64,000 nucleotides of DNA, from positions 38,688,001-38,752,000 of the forward strand of contig OX597823.1 of NCBI GenBank assembly GCA_951406725.2, written 5' to 3'. Under the pieces are notes generated by a model that was given only the letters and a program-made list of their open reading frames with translations, did no database searches and was not told where the DNA came from. This document shows, piece after piece, positions 60,746 to 64,000 of the stretch (the first letter of the stretch is position 1; every line of letters begins with the position of its first letter). Position numbers and translations under genes: made by a program. This DNA is from Octopus vulgaris. Its lineage: Eukaryota.

Positions 60746-63584
60746 GAATACATATAGTTTTTGTAAGGTCACCTTGATTCAGTCAATTTCTGATTAAAAG
60801 TATTTCAACCCTTGTCATTTGTCTTTAAGTCAACGTCCTTTTCTTAGAATCTGACTTGAGGGAGATTTGGTTGGTATTTATAGCAAGTCAAGTCATGTTA
60901 CATTTTTATATTGATGTCCACCACTCCTGGATGGGATTTGAGGTGAGTTGTCTCACCTGTCCATGACTTTCAGGTTTTTTAACACTCAACACATGTTTGA
61001 TAATGATTATTACACTAACGCTACTTCTATTTCATATTTCAATATGGCGGTGCCAGACAAGCTACCCATCAATAGCAGCACTCTCTCTCTTCTTCTTTTT
61101 CACTCTCTTTATTTCATCTGTCTTACCCTGACTCTTCTTTTGACACACCTATATCCTTATCAAAATAAGTTCTGCCGTATTAACTAGGATGGTGAATACA
61201 TATTTTCTAGAGTTTCACAGCGCAAGTGAACAAAGGACTAACCAAAACCTCCTCCTCAAATCTAGGATGGTGGTGGTAAACTGGTTGAAATGTGAGAATA
61301 GTGGATAGGCTGCCTTCCTGTATTTCTAGTGGTTCTTTGTATTCTGAGTTCAAATCCCATCATGACTTACTGGTAGAGTCGACTTTATTATTTGCTTGAA
61401 TACCACAACTTGGTTCCTTGAGTAACTTCAATGGAGTGAACTCTACAGCAGACATTGAAGCCAGGACTCCAGTTTCAGGATATTTGCCTCTCTCCATCCC
61501 ATCAATTTCAGGGTCCCTGTAAAGGTCATAGACACTGTTCTTCTACACCACCAAATTTAAACAGATCTCATAATGACTATAAGATTGTCACTGATCGCGG
61601 TAATAGAATAACAAGATACAAAATGTATGGAGATGTTGAACTGTTTATATTTTCTATCTACTTCTAATGGTGCTGGCAGGTATTGACATATAGACAGGCA
61701 ACTGCCAGAGTCAATTCCATACCTATCTCTTATTTCATTGGCTACTTCACTACACCCTGGAGTTGTTACCATGACTACCAAACATCAGATTCATTCTCCA
61801 TTGCATGACAAATATTTCATTTTTAATCAATTTAAATTTCAGAGTTCTCTGCCTTACCTTTTCATATTTTTCTTTTTATCAAGAAGACGGGAGGCAGTAC
61901 CTGACATTTTATAGGAATAACGAGATTGAAGGGGGACAGAAGGATCCTCAAACTGGAAATCTGGCTCAAATGCTTGCAATAGAGTGGATCCCCACTAAAA
62001 ATACCCATGGTTACAGGTGGTGGTAGGGGACAGGTTAAGTCTACCATCTATGTAGGCCCTGGTGGGATGTGAACTCAGAATGCCAACAGCTGGTACAAAT
62101 ACCACAAGGTATTAGATCCTACATTGTTATAATTCCATGAAGTCCCTACCTTGGATTGATACTTTATATCATTGACCTTGGAAAGAGGAAAGGAAAAGCT
62201 GACCTAGTTGTGATTTGAACTGAGAGTATTGAGAGTCACAACAAATACCACAAAGAATTTTGTCTGATGCTCTAATGCTTCTAATACCAATTCACCCCAC
62301 TCAGTATAAATGCAATTTCAATTACCAAACCATTTGTTCAGGTTCACTGCACTAAATATATTAACCTGCACTTAACTATTTGTTTTTCATGCAGAAAGTA
62401 TGCCAGTGTTTTCATTCTAAGGTTTAAATAGAAGAGAAAGTTGACCAGATATTATTTAACAAGACAAAATATTGGTTTAGGACCATTACAACTATGCTAT
62501 AAGTTTAATACAAAGATGTATTAATTGAAAAAAACATCTGACATGGATTAAACAACACAAACTGTTGATGGTTTATTGTAGTTCATTTAAAGCAAAGACA
62601 GATCTAAATTTAAGGCTTGTTAACAAATTAAATATTATAATCCTGATAATGAATTAAAATAAAATAAACAGCACTAATTTACATAAAGACTGGAGAATAT
62701 GTCCCAAGGATGCTTTCTGCATTGGTTAAACATCTGATACAACTAACAGCACATCACATGATACTTAGTGACAACAACAATTTCTGGAAGAGAGATGGCT
62801 ATCATTTAGCCTGTCACATAACATAAATACCTCACCATAAATACTCTTTAGGTAGCTTGTTGTACATCTCTCTCTTTCTTGTGAAGTATCTGTCCTTTTC
62901 CAAATAAAATATTTTAGATATTTTTCAGAGAAAGGACAAACACAAGGCCTTGTGATAGCCCTTGTCAGGACAATTTTATGAGTTGTTATGCACACAAGCA
63001 TAAATTAATGTGCATGACATACACACAGACACAGATGCACTCATTTTTCATATACACACAAGCACACATTTCATGGTGATTTTAATTTCATAAAGAGCAA
63101 TTTTTTTACCTTTTTTTTAACAGCTTTTTAAAGGAGACTTAGGAATGAAGGACTATTTAAATAGATACTGAACTAAGTAATAATAACAACAGCAGCAGCA
63201 ACAACAACAACAACAATAATAAAATGATAATATTTGGGGACCCTATCATTTCAGTAACAATAAAAATTCCTTGCAGTAAATGAAATTTAAGTATTTCCCA
63301 CACAATCTGTAACATGATAGGGTTACTGCTACAATAAAACAGTATTAAATGATTAATATGTAATCATTTTAATATCAACACTTCCTCCCTCACACTTCCC
63401 TGGCATCTGGCAATTAGGGTGAAACATACCTAAGTTGAAAACATCCAAAGTGTTGCCTTGACAACAATGTGTTCCAGCGAAGAAAATGTCGGGTGAGGGG
63501 TGGTGGGCGACAAGGATTTTTCTCATCTTCTTTTATGTAGTTGAGAAGAGAAACAGTGGAGGTACTTTGGTGAAAGAATTAAAT

Positions 63585-63855
63585 GAGGGAGGGAAACATG
63601 TAAGGGTTTAGTTGTAATATGGAGGGAGGGACAGTTGTAACATGGGGGGGGGGGGGTAGCTGTAACATAGGGATGGGAATGAGTGGTAACATGAAGGGAA
63701 GGTAGTGATAGTATGGAGAGGGTTTGATTATAATACAGAGTGGGTAGCTGTGATACAGAGGGCAGGTTAGTTGCAATATGGATGGAGGAGTTTGTAATAA
63801 AGAGAGCTTAGGAATAAAAACAGAGTTATGGTGGTAGCAGGAAGGGGATGTGGGC
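63585..63855 (+). repeat. G-rich degenerate minisatellite
   Basis: Recurring (t)agttgtaa(t/c)atgg units interleaved with G tracts, including a ~14-G run. Confidence 0.55.
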
Positions 63856-64000
63856 AAGTTAGTCTTACAATTTTAGAATAAATCATTCAAAAAATTCAAA
63901 ATAAAAAAAATTATAAAAAAACGAAGGAAAGCAGTTGAAGAAAAGTCTTGACTGCCTGGTCATGTGATTATTTTCTTTATTTTGTAGTTTTACATAATCA

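Noticed and set aside
61882-62017. Plus-strand exon EDGRQYLTFYRNNEIEGGQKDPQTG...
   Set aside because: AAG acceptor and weak gtggtg donor, no recognisable homology, and no partner exon.
42952-64000. Upstream UBA6 exons (RQRYVLG...GGLGxEI and AKNxVLAGxK)
   Set aside because: A manual scan of the minus strand found no match with splice sites. They are probably beyond the window, though a very short exon could have been missed.

Overview
Eukaryotic, AT-rich and repeat-saturated DNA. The repeat inventory (RTE LINEs with (GAT)n tails, tRNA/Nin-type and CORE-type SINEs, (AAT)n arrays) resembles an octopus/coleoid genome; this is an inference from recognising the families. The only host gene I can support is a ubiquitin-activating E1 enzyme, most similar to UBA6, on the minus strand. 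It has two short coding exons (42857-42951 and 1632-1743) joined in frame across a ~41.1 kb phase-2 intron, and neither short exon appears in the ORF track. The rest is intronic and filled with decayed transposons: RTE, R4/Dong, HERO and Vingi-like LINEs; mariner, Tc1, pogo, hAT and piggyBac DNA elements; MITEs; SINEs; and microsatellites. No intact transposon ORF is present. The most interesting observations are an in-frame RTE-endonuclease/Tc1-transposase chimera, a tRNA-headed element carrying a CpG-decayed hammerhead ribozyme, several long near-perfect inverted repeats in the UBA6 pre-mRNA, two candidate cryptic exons, and one SINE body with two tails and two insertion behaviours. All alignments were done by eye, so repeat boundaries are approximate.
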